NCBI GenBank assembly: GCA_003482905.1
Contig: DMXM01000034.1
Coordinates: forward strand, 108,277 to 172,276
DNA: 64,000 nt
Source of the DNA: Elusimicrobiota bacterium
Lineage (GTDB): Bacteria; Elusimicrobiota; Elusimicrobia; Elusimicrobiales; UBA9959
Direction of reading: 5' to 3'
Part shown: one piece after another, positions 33,096 to 42,532 of the stretch
Layout of the letters: each line of letters begins with the position of its first letter
Position numbering within the stretch: the stretch's first letter is position 1
The notes under the pieces: generated by a model
What the model saw: the letters and a program-made list of their open reading frames with translations, nothing else
The model's database searches: none
Told to the model about the DNA's origin: nothing
Program-made: the position numbers and the translations under genes

Positions 33096-35477
33096 ATGCA
33101 AGAAAAATCAACTACCGAAATTAATTACCCGGCGGCGCTGCCCGCCATAGCTATAAGGGACGTCGTCCTTTTTCCTTACATGGCGCTCCCCCTCTCCGTG
33201 GACCGGCCCAAGTCGGTGGCCGCCATAGAGGCCGGCCTGGCCGCGGGCAAGTTCATCCTGGCCCTCGCCCAGAAAAAACCCAACGTGGATGATCCCGCTC
33301 CGGAAGACCTTTACGCCTACGGCGTGGTCAGTTCCATCTCACAGTCCCTCAAGATGCCGGACGGCACGATGCGCGTTTTCCTGGAAGGCCGCAAGCGCGC
33401 CCGCGTCAGGAAACTTTCGCTGGACAAGGGCCAGGCGTACCTCGAGGCCGAGGTGGAGTACGTGGCGGAGACGGCGGAAAAAAATCCGGAAGTCATAGCC
33501 CTGATGCGCCACGCGGTGGCCATCTTCGAGGCCTATGTTAAATTGAGCGCCCGCATAACGCTGGACTCGACCTCTTTTCTGCAGCAGATGGAGGACCCCG
33601 CCAAGCTCGCCGACACCATCGCCGCCAATTCCATGTTCAGCCTGGCCGACCGGCAGGAAGTCCTGGAGACGGAAAACCCCCGCGAGCGCCTTGAAAAACT
33701 AGTGAAGCTCCTGGCCAAGGAAGTGGAGATACTCGACGTGGAACAGAAGATCCACGCGCGCGTCAAGACGCAGATAGAGAAGTCGCAGAAGGAATACTAT
33801 CTTAACGAGCAGATGAAGGCCATACAGAAGGAACTCCACCAGAAAGACGATTTTTCCAAGGAAGTGGACGAACTGAAGAAGCGCATAAAAGCGGCCAGGA
33901 TGCCCAAGGAAGCGGAGGCCGCCGCCGAAAAGGAACTGGCGCGCCTTTCCAGGATGATGCCGTTCTCGCCGGAGTCCACGGTGAGCCGCACCTACCTGGA
34001 CTGGCTGACGGCCCTCCCCTGGAACGTAGAGACCAAGGACCAGATAGACCTTGCCGTCGCCAAGAAAATACTCGACGAAGACCATTTCGGCCTGAAGAAA
34101 CCCAAGGAGCGCGTGCTCGAGTACCTGGCGGTCTGCAAGCTCACGGAACAGCTCAGGGGCCCCATCCTCTGCTTCGTCGGCCCCCCCGGCGTGGGCAAGA
34201 CCTCCATCGCCCGCTCCATCGCCCGCTCGATGGGCCGCAATTTTGTGCGGATGTCGCTGGGCGGCGTGCGCGACGAATCCGAGATCCGCGGGCACAGGCG
34301 CACCTACGTGGCGTCCATGCCCGGGCGCATCCTCCAGAGCATGAAGAAGGCCAAGAGCCGCAACCCGGTCTTCCTCATGGACGAGATAGACAAGATGGGC
34401 ACCGACTGGCGCGGCGACCCCGCCGCGGCGCTGCTCGAGGTCCTCGACCCGGAGCAGAACACCGAGTTCAACGACCATTTCCTGGACCTGCCTTTCGATA
34501 TCTCCAAGGTCATGTTCGTCGCCACCGCCAATACCCTGTGGGGCATACCGGTGAGCCTGCGCGACCGCATGGAGATAATAGACTTCAACGGCTATACCCA
34601 CGACGAGAAGATCGAGATAGCCAAAAAATTCCTTATCCCCCGCCAGCTCAAAGACCACGGGCTCAAGGAGCATTCCCTTAAGATAGACGATAAAGGCATA
34701 GACGCGATCATCCGCGGCTATACCCGCGAGGCCGGGGTCCGCAACCTCAACCGCGAATTCGCTTCCATGTGCCGCAGGGCCGCGCGCAAGATAGTGGAGG
34801 AGAATCTGGCCTCGGTGAAAGTCACCCCCGACAATATAGGCGACTACCTGGGCATCCCGAAGTTCCTGGAGACGAAGTCCTCCTATAACGCCGTGGGGAT
34901 AGCCACCGGCCTGGCCTGGACCGAGAACGGCGGAGAGGTCCTCGCAGTGGAGGCCGTGGCCGTGCCCGGCAAGGGCGGGCTTACGCTGACCGGCAAGCTC
35001 GGCGACGTTATGAAGGAGTCCGCCCAAGCCGCCTTCTCCTATATCCGCTCCCGGGAGCTGGCGCCGGCCTCCTACGTGAACACCCACAACTTCCACGTGC
35101 ATATACCGGAGGGAGCCATCCCCAAGGACGGGCCTTCCGCCGGCATCACGCTGGCCACGGCGCTGGCCAGCCTCTTCTCGGGCCGGCCGGTGAAGCAGAA
35201 CCTTTCGATGACCGGCGAACTGACGCTTACCGGGCGCGTGCTCGCCATAGGCGGCCTTAAAGAAAAGGTGATCGCCTCTTTCCGCGACGAGATCAATACC
35301 GTGCTGTTCCCGAAGGCCAACCTTAAAGAGCTGGAGGAGATTCCGTCGGAGATCCGGGCTAAAATGAAACTGCACCCGGTGGAGAGGATGGAAGAAGTAT
35401 TGGCGCTCGCGCTGGAGCCGGCGGCCCCCCGCGGGGAAAAAACTCTCCGGGCGAAAAAGGCCGTAAGGAGCCGGTAG
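33096..35477 (+). CDS. lon: Lon protease
   Basis: 793 aa: N-terminal LON domain, Walker [10 protein letters not shown], and protease-domain [10 protein letters not shown] (catalytic Ser). Confidence 0.95.
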   Translation: MQEKSTTEINYPAALPAIAIRDVVLFPYMALPLSVDRPKSVAAIEAGLAAGKFILALAQKKPNVDDPAPEDLYAYGVVSSISQSLKMPDGTMRVFLEGRKRARVRKLSLDKGQAYLEAEVEYVAETAEKNPEVIALMRHAVAIFEAYVKLSARITLDSTSFLQQMEDPAKLADTIAANSMFSLADRQEVLETENPRERLEKLVKLLAKEVEILDVEQKIHARVKTQIEKSQKEYYLNEQMKAIQKELHQKDDFSKEVDELKKRIKAARMPKEAEAAAEKELARLSRMMPFSPESTVSRTYLDWLTALPWNVETKDQIDLAVAKKILDEDHFGLKKPKERVLEYLAVCKLTEQLRGPILCFVGPPGVGKTSIARSIARSMGRNFVRMSLGGVRDESEIRGHRRTYVASMPGRILQSMKKAKSRNPVFLMDEIDKMGTDWRGDPAAALLEVLDPEQNTEFNDHFLDLPFDISKVMFVATANTLWGIPVSLRDRMEIIDFNGYTHDEKIEIAKKFLIPRQLKDHGLKEHSLKIDDKGIDAIIRGYTREAGVRNLNREFASMCRRAARKIVEENLASVKVTPDNIGDYLGIPKFLETKSSYNAVGIATGLAWTENGGEVLAVEAVAVPGKGGLTLTGKLGDVMKESAQAAFSYIRSRELAPASYVNTHNFHVHIPEGAIPKDGPSAGITLATALASLFSGRPVKQNLSMTGELTLTGRVLAIGGLKEKVIASFRDEINTVLFPKANLKELEEIPSEIRAKMKLHPVERMEEVLALALEPAAPRGEKTLRAKKAVRSR

Positions 35478-35540
35478 GACGTAAATGTCCCAAATGCCAC
35501 AGTTATTGCCTAACGGCCCGTTCCCCGGAGGTGGGGCATA

Positions 35541-37301
35541 ATGTCCCCCCTCTCTCTGGCGCTGTCCTGCCTGTTAGCCGCGGCTCCCGTTCACGCCTAC
35601 GAGGATGTCATAACCACCGAGGAGATGGAGGGAGCGCTCGAGAACAACAAGCTCGGCGAGGTGTTCTCCCAATACCTGGCCACCCTGCAGATGTACGAAC
35701 CCGAGCGCGCCACGCGCCTCGGCCTCCACGGCGCGGACCATGCCCTTACCCAGCGCACGCCCGAGCGCGTTGCGAAAGAGCTCGAGGCCGTTAAGCGCCT
35801 CCGCGCGAAACTGGGAGAGATACAGAAAAAATCGATGAGTCCCGCCCTCAAGATAGACCTTGAGACGCTGAAGCGCATGCTGGAAGCGGACATCCACGAG
35901 CTGGAGGATCCCGGGCCGCCGGCCAGGCGCCCGCAGTCTTACCTGGAGCCGCTTTTCCTCGTCTACCAGATGATGAGCAAGGACTACGAGGAATATGCCA
36001 CCAGGTCGGCAAACGCCATCTTGCGCCTTAAGCAATTCCCGGCGGTGCTGGAGCAGGCCGAGCGCAACCTCTCCCATCCCCCGGAAGCCTGGACCCGCCA
36101 CGCCATAAAGCAGGCGAACGACGCGCTGACTTATATTTCCGATCTTGTGCCGCTGTTCCGCGGCTACACCCGCTACGATCCGGCGCTCAAGGCCCGGCTG
36201 GACGAGACGATGGAGGACGTTAAAACGGCCCTCGCGCATTATGCGGCTTTCCTCGAGAGCGACGTCCTTCCGGCTTCGGACGGAGATCCCCGGGCAGGGA
36301 AGGACGCGTATGCTTTTTATCTGGAACGCCTGCACGCGCTCGACGTCACCCCGGGGGCGGCCCTCAGCTATTCAAAAAAAACGTTTAAAAAATCGCTTGC
36401 CCGCCTGGAGAGCGAAGCCCGCAACATAGACGGCATCCTGGCCTCGGAGAAGGGCTGGAAAGGCGTCCTGGAAAAGCTGCCCAAAGAGCATCCGCCGGCC
36501 GACGACATCCTGAAGGTCTTTCGGGACGAGATGGATCGCGCCTTCCAGTATTTCGACGAGCATAAGGTGGTTGAGTTCCCCCGGACGCGTCTGCAGATAA
36601 AGCGCACGCCCGGCTTCATGGCCGCCGTGCTGCCTTACGTCCACTACGCCCCTTCCTTCGCCCTGGACGACGTCCGCGTATCGGAACTTTTCGTAATGCT
36701 GCCTCCGGACTCCGCTCCGGAAGCCTCGCGTGAGAAAGCCCTGTCTGCCGGTTTTAATTACGCGCAGGCGGAACTGCTTACCGCCTACGCCATCATGCCG
36801 GGCATGCACCTGCGCGCCTTCGAAGCCTCCTCGAACAGGTCCAAGATACGGCGCATCTCGCGGCAACCCGTGGTGGCCAACGGCTGGGCCAGTTATAGCG
36901 AGCTGCTGGCCGAGGAGACCGGGTATTATTCCTCTTACTGGTCCCGGTTCCTGCGCTGCTATGTGCAGGCGCTGCGTGCGGCCCGCGCCTACGCGGACGC
37001 CGCCCTGCACACGAAGAAGTGGACGCAGGAGGAGGCCTCCGTCTTCTTCCAGGAGAAACTCTTCCTGACGAAAACCCAGGCCGACGCCGAAGTTCTCAGG
37101 CTTTCCCTCTCTCCCACCGAGGCGTTCAGCTATGTTATAGGCATGGACCGCATACTTGAGCTGCGCCGCTATTACCAGCGTACCGAGGGGAAGTCATTCG
37201 ACCTGCGCCGCTTTCACTCCCGGTTCCTGCGGCTGGGCGAGATACCGATGGACCGGATAGAGGCCGAAATGCTCCGCCAGGAGCTGGAGGAGAAGAAATA
37301 A
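35541..37301 (+). CDS. Secreted DUF885-family protein
   Basis: Signal peptide MSPLSLALSCLLAAAPVHA. The C-terminal half has the DUF885 layout (..NGWASYSELLAEETGYY.., ..AARAYADAALHTKKWTQEEA..). The position where I recall HE..PGHH reads YAIMPGMH. Confidence 0.55.
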   Translation: MSPLSLALSCLLAAAPVHAYEDVITTEEMEGALENNKLGEVFSQYLATLQMYEPERATRLGLHGADHALTQRTPERVAKELEAVKRLRAKLGEIQKKSMSPALKIDLETLKRMLEADIHELEDPGPPARRPQSYLEPLFLVYQMMSKDYEEYATRSANAILRLKQFPAVLEQAERNLSHPPEAWTRHAIKQANDALTYISDLVPLFRGYTRYDPALKARLDETMEDVKTALAHYAAFLESDVLPASDGDPRAGKDAYAFYLERLHALDVTPGAALSYSKKTFKKSLARLESEARNIDGILASEKGWKGVLEKLPKEHPPADDILKVFRDEMDRAFQYFDEHKVVEFPRTRLQIKRTPGFMAAVLPYVHYAPSFALDDVRVSELFVMLPPDSAPEASREKALSAGFNYAQAELLTAYAIMPGMHLRAFEASSNRSKIRRISRQPVVANGWASYSELLAEETGYYSSYWSRFLRCYVQALRAARAYADAALHTKKWTQEEASVFFQEKLFLTKTQADAEVLRLSLSPTEAFSYVIGMDRILELRRYYQRTEGKSFDLRRFHSRFLRLGEIPMDRIEAEMLRQELEEKK

Positions 37302-37305
37302 TAAG

Positions 37306-38043
37306 ATGAGCACCAACGCCGTTTCTTTTACCGGAGTAGAGAAGACTTACCGGCGCCCCGGCCTGCTGAGGGCCGCTTACAATACCGCCGTCAAGGATCT
37401 TTCTTTCGAGATCCGGGCCGGAGAAGTTACCGGCCTGCTGGGGCTGAACGGGGCGGGCAAGACCACTATAATGAAGCTTTTGACCGGCCTGCTTTTTCCC
37501 ACCGCCGGCCGCGTGAGGGTTTTCGGCCACGCCCCTTCCGAGGGCGCGGCCAAAGGCAAGGTCGGGTTCCTGCCGGAGCTTCCGTATTTTCCGCCGCAGG
37601 TAAAGCCGGGAGAGGCCCTGTCTTACTACGGCCGGCTCTCTGGTCTTTCGGGCGCGGGGCTGGCGCTGGCCGTCCGCGAGGCGATAGAGCGGACGGGGCT
37701 TGAGCCGCACGCCGGCAAGCGCGTTTCCGAGTTCTCCAAAGGCATGCTGCAGCGCCTGGGGCTGGCGCAGGCCCTGCTGCATAGGCCGGAATTGCTGGTC
37801 CTGGACGAGCCGGTGAGCGGCCTCGATCCGCTGGCTATCCACGATATACGCGGCCTGCTGGCCGGGCTTAACGCGGAAGGCCGCACTGTTTTCCTCTCTT
37901 CCCACAGCATCTCCGAAGTGGAGAAGCTGGCCGACAGGGTACTGATAATGGTCAAGGGCCGGCTGGCCGCTACGGTGGACCGCGCCCGGTGGGAAGCCGC
38001 GCCCGGCGGCCTTGAAGCTATTTTCGTGGAGGCGGTAAGATGA
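37306..38043 (+). CDS. ABC transporter ATP-binding protein
   Basis: Walker A GLNGAGKTT, signature-like FSKGMLQRL, and Walker B LLVLDEPVSGLD. Confidence 0.9.
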   Translation: MSTNAVSFTGVEKTYRRPGLLRAAYNTAVKDLSFEIRAGEVTGLLGLNGAGKTTIMKLLTGLLFPTAGRVRVFGHAPSEGAAKGKVGFLPELPYFPPQVKPGEALSYYGRLSGLSGAGLALAVREAIERTGLEPHAGKRVSEFSKGMLQRLGLAQALLHRPELLVLDEPVSGLDPLAIHDIRGLLAGLNAEGRTVFLSSHSISEVEKLADRVLIMVKGRLAATVDRARWEAAPGGLEAIFVEAVR

Positions 38044-38801
38044 GAATACTGCGCCTGACGTGGGCGGTGGCGGTCAACTCTTTTTCCGAGAGCGTACGGC
38101 ACCGCTTTTTTACGCTTTTTTCGGTCTTCGCTTTTACCGCTATCTACGCTTCCGTACTGGCCGGCGTCATGGCGGTGGACCAGGAAGCCCGGGTGCTGAC
38201 CGATTTCGGCCTGGCGCTGATGGAACTGACGGCGCTCGCCTTCGCCATTTTCAACGCGGCCTCGGTCCTGCCCAAGGAAGCCGAGACCAAGACCATTTAC
38301 TTGGTCTTCTCGCGCCCGGTCCCGCGCGGGGTTTACCTGGCGGGCAAACTGGCCGGTTCCCTGCTGACTTCCGCCCTTATGCTGGCGGTGATGGGCGCCA
38401 TGCACCTGCTGCTGCTTAAGGTCAGGGGCTTCGGCGTGCCGCCCTGCTACGGCTGGGCGCTGGCCGGGTCTATGCTGAAGCTGTGCGTAATAACGTCTTT
38501 CGCTTTTTTCGTCTCGCTGTTCTCCACCTCCGCCGTTTCTACCATGGTGATCTCGGGGGTGGTCTGGACCGCCGGGCATTTCGCCTCCGAAACGCGGTTC
38601 CTCGCGGACCAGTCGGCGGGGGTCAAGTCCGCCGGGCTTAAGGCCGCCATGTGGCTGATCCCGAACTTGCAGCTTTTTAACGCCCGGGACCTCTCCGGCG
38701 CGGCTTGTTCCATTGCGCCGCCGGCTTTCCTGTCGGCGGCGGCCTGGGTCGGCGGCTCCTATTTAGCGGCCTTATGGCTCATCTCAAAGAAGGAATTCTA
38801 A
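38040..38801 (+). CDS. ABC-2 type transporter permease
   Basis: 253 aa with about 6 TM. The start overlaps the ATPase stop (ATGA). Confidence 0.75.
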   Translation: MRILRLTWAVAVNSFSESVRHRFFTLFSVFAFTAIYASVLAGVMAVDQEARVLTDFGLALMELTALAFAIFNAASVLPKEAETKTIYLVFSRPVPRGVYLAGKLAGSLLTSALMLAVMGAMHLLLLKVRGFGVPPCYGWALAGSMLKLCVITSFAFFVSLFSTSAVSTMVISGVVWTAGHFASETRFLADQSAGVKSAGLKAAMWLIPNLQLFNARDLSGAACSIAPPAFLSAAAWVGGSYLAALWLISKKEF

Positions 38802-39532
38802 TGGCGCGGTCCGCCCTCCCCTTAGCCGCGCTGCTGGCCTGGGCGGTGGGGGCCGCGGTTTCTAATAGCTGCTACCGCAGCCCTTTCCCGCCGCCCTCCG
38901 AGATCCGCACCCCGGTGGCCGGCGCCGCCGGCGATATGTTCTCCCTCGCTTTCGGCTTGCGCCGCCTTTTCGCCGACGTCTGGTTCATACGCCTGATGCA
39001 GTATTACGGTACCCCCGAGTTCTGCGAGCATGAAGAGGAGGAACCCTCCGCGCACGCCCATCACCACTGCGGGATAAATGGCGAAGGCAAATACCCCCAA
39101 TTCCTGGCCAGGTCCCGCCATGTTGTGGAGATAGACCCTGGGTTCCGCATGGCCGCGCTTTACGGCGCGGGTTCGCTGGCTTTCAACATGGGCAGACCGG
39201 CCGAGGCCCGGGAACTGCTGGTTTACGCGCTTAAATACTCGCCGAGAGAGTGGAAATATCTGAACGTGCTGGCCGCTATCGGCTACAGCAAGGCCGAAGA
39301 CCCGGCGGCGGTGGCCGCTTTGATAGCGCCTATCTTGAAGGATCCCGACTGCCCGGTGATGCTGAAGCAGCAGGCGGCGTTCCTGAATAAAAAAATAGGC
39401 AATTACTCCGCGGCGGCGGCCATCTACGCCGATATCGCCGCCACCTCGCGCGACCTGGCCTATGTCCGCAACGCCGAGCGCGAACTGGAGAAACTTTTAA
39501 GGAAACCTCCCGCAAGGCCCGGGCGCGGCTGA
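38801..39532 (+). CDS. Hypothetical exported TPR-like protein with an acidic/His/Cys patch
   Basis: Trimmed to the ATG at 38801, overlapping the permease TAA (TAATG). Signal-like N-terminus MARSALPLAALLAWAVGAAV, then CEHEEEEPSAHAHHHC (nt 39023-39070), then helical repeats at the C-terminus. Confidence 0.5.
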   Translation: MARSALPLAALLAWAVGAAVSNSCYRSPFPPPSEIRTPVAGAAGDMFSLAFGLRRLFADVWFIRLMQYYGTPEFCEHEEEEPSAHAHHHCGINGEGKYPQFLARSRHVVEIDPGFRMAALYGAGSLAFNMGRPAEARELLVYALKYSPREWKYLNVLAAIGYSKAEDPAAVAALIAPILKDPDCPVMLKQQAAFLNKKIGNYSAAAAIYADIAATSRDLAYVRNAERELEKLLRKPPARPGRG

Positions 39533-39541
39533 AAATTCAAC

Positions 39542-40582
39542 ATGAACATCCTCTATGTCTGCGACTGTTCCGGCTGGGACATTGTCGCCTACCAGGTTCT
39601 CCACACCGCCCTGCAGTTTTCACGGCTGGGGCACAAGGCCTCGGTCCTCTGCCCCAGGGGGTCCCGGCTTTACCTGGAATGCCAGAAGCAGAAGGTGCGG
39701 GTCCTGCCCCTGACGCTCGGCGCCAAGTTCGGTTTATTCGAACCCGGCGGCTGGGACATCGCGCATTTTTACAACCCGTCGGACCTTAACCCGCTTTTCC
39801 TTAAAAAAGCCCGCGCCTCCGCGCGCGTTTTTATTACCCAGATAAAATTGGGCAGCGCCAAAGGTTACCAGAGGCTGGCCGCGCTCGAGCCTTATGTGGA
39901 CGTCTTTGTGGGCGCCTGCAACTCCGTACAGGAGGAATTCCTGCGCGCGGGTATAGACCAGCGCAAAACCTTCCTGGTCCCCCCCGGCATAAACATCGGG
40001 CGCTGGGAGAGCGCCATGCTTATAAAGCCCGCCATGTTCCAAAAGCGGCCGTATAAGGTGGGCACCGTCAGTATGGACAAAAGCCTGAAGGAGCAGGAGC
40101 TCTTTCTCACCATGGCGAAGTACGTCCTTGCCTCCCTCCCGGACACCCATTTTATGGTGGTGGGCTTAAAGGACGATAGGATCCGCGCTATCGCCCGTAA
40201 GCTGGGCATAAGCGACAAAGTGGACGTGCTGTGGGAACGCGGCGACGTTCCCGAGATAATGGCGATGATGCACATCTACGCTAAGACCGCGCGCAGGGAC
40301 GGGATGTCGATGTCCCTTATAGAAGCGCAGGCCTCGGGCGTGGCCTGCGTAATCCCCAGGCTGAAAGGCCTGAGCGATTTTACCGTGCACGACCGCAACG
40401 GCCTGATAGTGGAGCCAGACAACGCGTTCTCGTGCGCCGAGGCGGTGACCCGCCTGATCAATCACCCCGACCTGTGCCACTGGATGTCTAAAATGGCGTT
40501 CGACTACGTCAACAACAATATGTCCCTGCCCGTTGTAGCCAATATCCTGCTGCGCCTTTACGAGGATTCGCTGCAGCAGTAG
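39542..40582 (+). CDS. Family 4 (GT-B) glycosyltransferase
   Basis: 346 aa with ..RRDGMSMSLIEAQASGVACV.. EX7E-type motif and a GT-B layout. Confidence 0.75.
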   Translation: MNILYVCDCSGWDIVAYQVLHTALQFSRLGHKASVLCPRGSRLYLECQKQKVRVLPLTLGAKFGLFEPGGWDIAHFYNPSDLNPLFLKKARASARVFITQIKLGSAKGYQRLAALEPYVDVFVGACNSVQEEFLRAGIDQRKTFLVPPGINIGRWESAMLIKPAMFQKRPYKVGTVSMDKSLKEQELFLTMAKYVLASLPDTHFMVVGLKDDRIRAIARKLGISDKVDVLWERGDVPEIMAMMHIYAKTARRDGMSMSLIEAQASGVACVIPRLKGLSDFTVHDRNGLIVEPDNAFSCAEAVTRLINHPDLCHWMSKMAFDYVNNNMSLPVVANILLRLYEDSLQQ

Positions 40583-40588
40583 CCCGCG

Positions 40589-40978
40589 TCAGAATTCGCT
40601 CCAGTACCTGCCCTTTTCGTCCGGATGCCAGCAGTCAATGAAGACCAGCCCGAAACGTGGGGCCCGCGGGTCGTTTACGTAGGCCCAGCCGCCGCTGTCC
40701 CTGATCTCGAACGAAGGCGTATTCCTGACAGCGGACGAGCCGAAATGCCCCGGAAGCTTGAGCCTGGGGGCGGCTTCGAGTTTTCCGTCCCTGAGAACGT
40801 CCTCGAAGGCGGACGGGGCGGTTTTGTGCTCCAGGGTGTAAAACGCCAACGCCATGCGCAGGCCTGAAAGCTTGCGTATCACTTCGGCGGCTTCCATGCC
40901 GGACCCGTAATAGCGCGCGCCCCACGCCGCGCCGAGCGCCAGGCAGAACGCTAAAATCGCCGATATCGTCTTGTTCAT
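40589..40978 (-). CDS. Secreted pilin-fold-like protein without a prepilin leader
   Basis: Trimmed to the ATG at 40978, with GGGAGG 9 nt upstream. It has an ordinary signal peptide (MNKTISAILAFCLALGAAWG). The body matches the pattern I know from type IV pilin/pseudopilin globular domains: ..LRMALAFYTLEHKTAP.., ..LPGH..S..V.., ..DSGGWAYVND..G.V.IDCWH.DEKGRYWSEF. Confidence 0.45.
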   Translation of the reverse strand: MNKTISAILAFCLALGAAWGARYYGSGMEAAEVIRKLSGLRMALAFYTLEHKTAPSAFEDVLRDGKLEAAPRLKLPGHFGSSAVRNTPSFEIRDSGGWAYVNDPRAPRFGLVFIDCWHPDEKGRYWSEF

Positions 40979-41071
40979 AAGGTGAAGCCTCCCGAAAACG
41001 TTCACGCGCTAATTTTGTAGAATAAAATGATATAAAGTTTTCGCGGCTACTACTACAAAAGGGGAACACTA

Positions 41072-42418
41072 ATGAAAATACTGTGCCTTAACTGCGGCAG
41101 CTCTTCAGTGAAATACCTGCTTTTCGACTGGAAAGTCAGAATGACGGTGGCCTCGGGAGTAGTGGAGCGCGTCGGCGTCGGCGCCTCGTTCATCAATATC
41201 GAGGCTCCCGGCCGCGAGAAGGTCACTATCAACCACGACTGTCCCACTCATAAGGACGCCATTCAGCTGGTCATCGACACGCTGACCCACAAGGAGCACG
41301 GCGTCATAAGCGGCCTCTCCGGCATCACCGCGGTCGGCCACCGCGTAGTGCACGGCGGCGAGAAGTTCGTGAAGTCCGTGATCATCGACGACAAGGTCGT
41401 GGAGACGTTCCGCGAGCTCTCCTCGCTGGCTCCCCTGCACAACCCGCCGAACATTCAGGGGATAGAGGCCGCGCGCGCGCTGATGCCCAAGATCCCTCAC
41501 ATGGCCATTATGGACACGGCCTGGCACCAGACCATGCCCGAGCTGTCCTACATGTACGCGCTGCCCCGCGCCTGGTACGAAAAGTACGCGATACGCCGCT
41601 ACGGCTTCCATGGCACGTCCTTCCTCTATAACGCCAAACGCGCCGCCGTCCTGCTGGGGAAGGACCCGTTCAAGACCAACCTCGTCATCTGCCATATCGG
41701 CAACGGCGCCTCCGTCAACGCGGTGAAGAACGGCCTCTCCTATGACACCAGCATGGGTTTTACCCCCATGGAAGGCCTGGTGATGGGTACCCGCGCCGGC
41801 GACCATGACCCGGCCATACCGCTCTACGTTATGGCCCGCGAGAGCCTTAACCCCGGAGAGATGGACGGCATCCTCAATAAAAAGTCCGGCAAGCTGGGCA
41901 TTACCGGCAAATACAGCGACGCCCGCGACGTGGAGGTAGCCGCCGAACAGGGTGACGCGCGTTCCCAGCTAGCCCTGGACATGGAAGCCAACCGCATCAA
42001 GAAATATATCGGCGCCTACGCGGCCGAGGTGGGCGGCATAGACGCGGTGGTGTTTACCGCCGGCGTCGGCGAGATGGGCCCCATAACCCGCGAGGCGGCT
42101 TTGACCGGGCTGGAGTTCATGGGCATCAAGCTCGACAAGGAGAAGAACGACATCTCCAAGACCCGCAACGCCGAGACCGAGATTTCGTGCAAGACCTCCA
42201 AGGTAAAGGTCTTCGTTATCCCCACCGACGAGGAGCGCGTGTTCGTGGAGGACGTAGTCGGCCTGATGAACGGCAGCTACGACATCCATACCCGTTACGA
42301 CTACACTTTCCAGCACCCGGGCTACCGCAACAAGCTGCGCGACGACGCTTTCGCCAAGCAGTGCGTCAAGAAGCCGGAACTGCTGAAGGTGGCCGTGGCG
42401 GAGGCGGTGGAGCGCTGA
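41072..42418 (+). CDS. ackA: Acetate kinase (with a roughly 45-aa C-terminal extension)
   Basis: MKILCLNCGSSSVKY.., ..VGHRVVHGG.., ..GFHGTS.., ..VFTAGVGE.., ..IPTDEE... Confidence 0.93.
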   Translation: MKILCLNCGSSSVKYLLFDWKVRMTVASGVVERVGVGASFINIEAPGREKVTINHDCPTHKDAIQLVIDTLTHKEHGVISGLSGITAVGHRVVHGGEKFVKSVIIDDKVVETFRELSSLAPLHNPPNIQGIEAARALMPKIPHMAIMDTAWHQTMPELSYMYALPRAWYEKYAIRRYGFHGTSFLYNAKRAAVLLGKDPFKTNLVICHIGNGASVNAVKNGLSYDTSMGFTPMEGLVMGTRAGDHDPAIPLYVMARESLNPGEMDGILNKKSGKLGITGKYSDARDVEVAAEQGDARSQLALDMEANRIKKYIGAYAAEVGGIDAVVFTAGVGEMGPITREAALTGLEFMGIKLDKEKNDISKTRNAETEISCKTSKVKVFVIPTDEERVFVEDVVGLMNGSYDIHTRYDYTFQHPGYRNKLRDDAFAKQCVKKPELLKVAVAEAVER

Positions 42419-42451
42419 GCCTCCCGTCGTAAGGCGTTAATTGAATGTGAT

Positions 42452-42492
42452 CCCGCCCCCGCGGCGCTATGCGCCGCGGGGGCGGGTTTATT
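42452..42492. terminator. Bidirectional hairpin terminator
   Basis: CCCGCCCCCGCGGCGC-tat-GCGCCGCGGGGGCGGG (16-bp stem) followed by TTTATT. It lies between convergent ackA and the methyltransferase gene. Confidence 0.7.
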
Positions 42493-42532
42493 ATGCGGCG
42501 GGTATCGGTAAACGTGCTTCGCGCCGCGCGCT

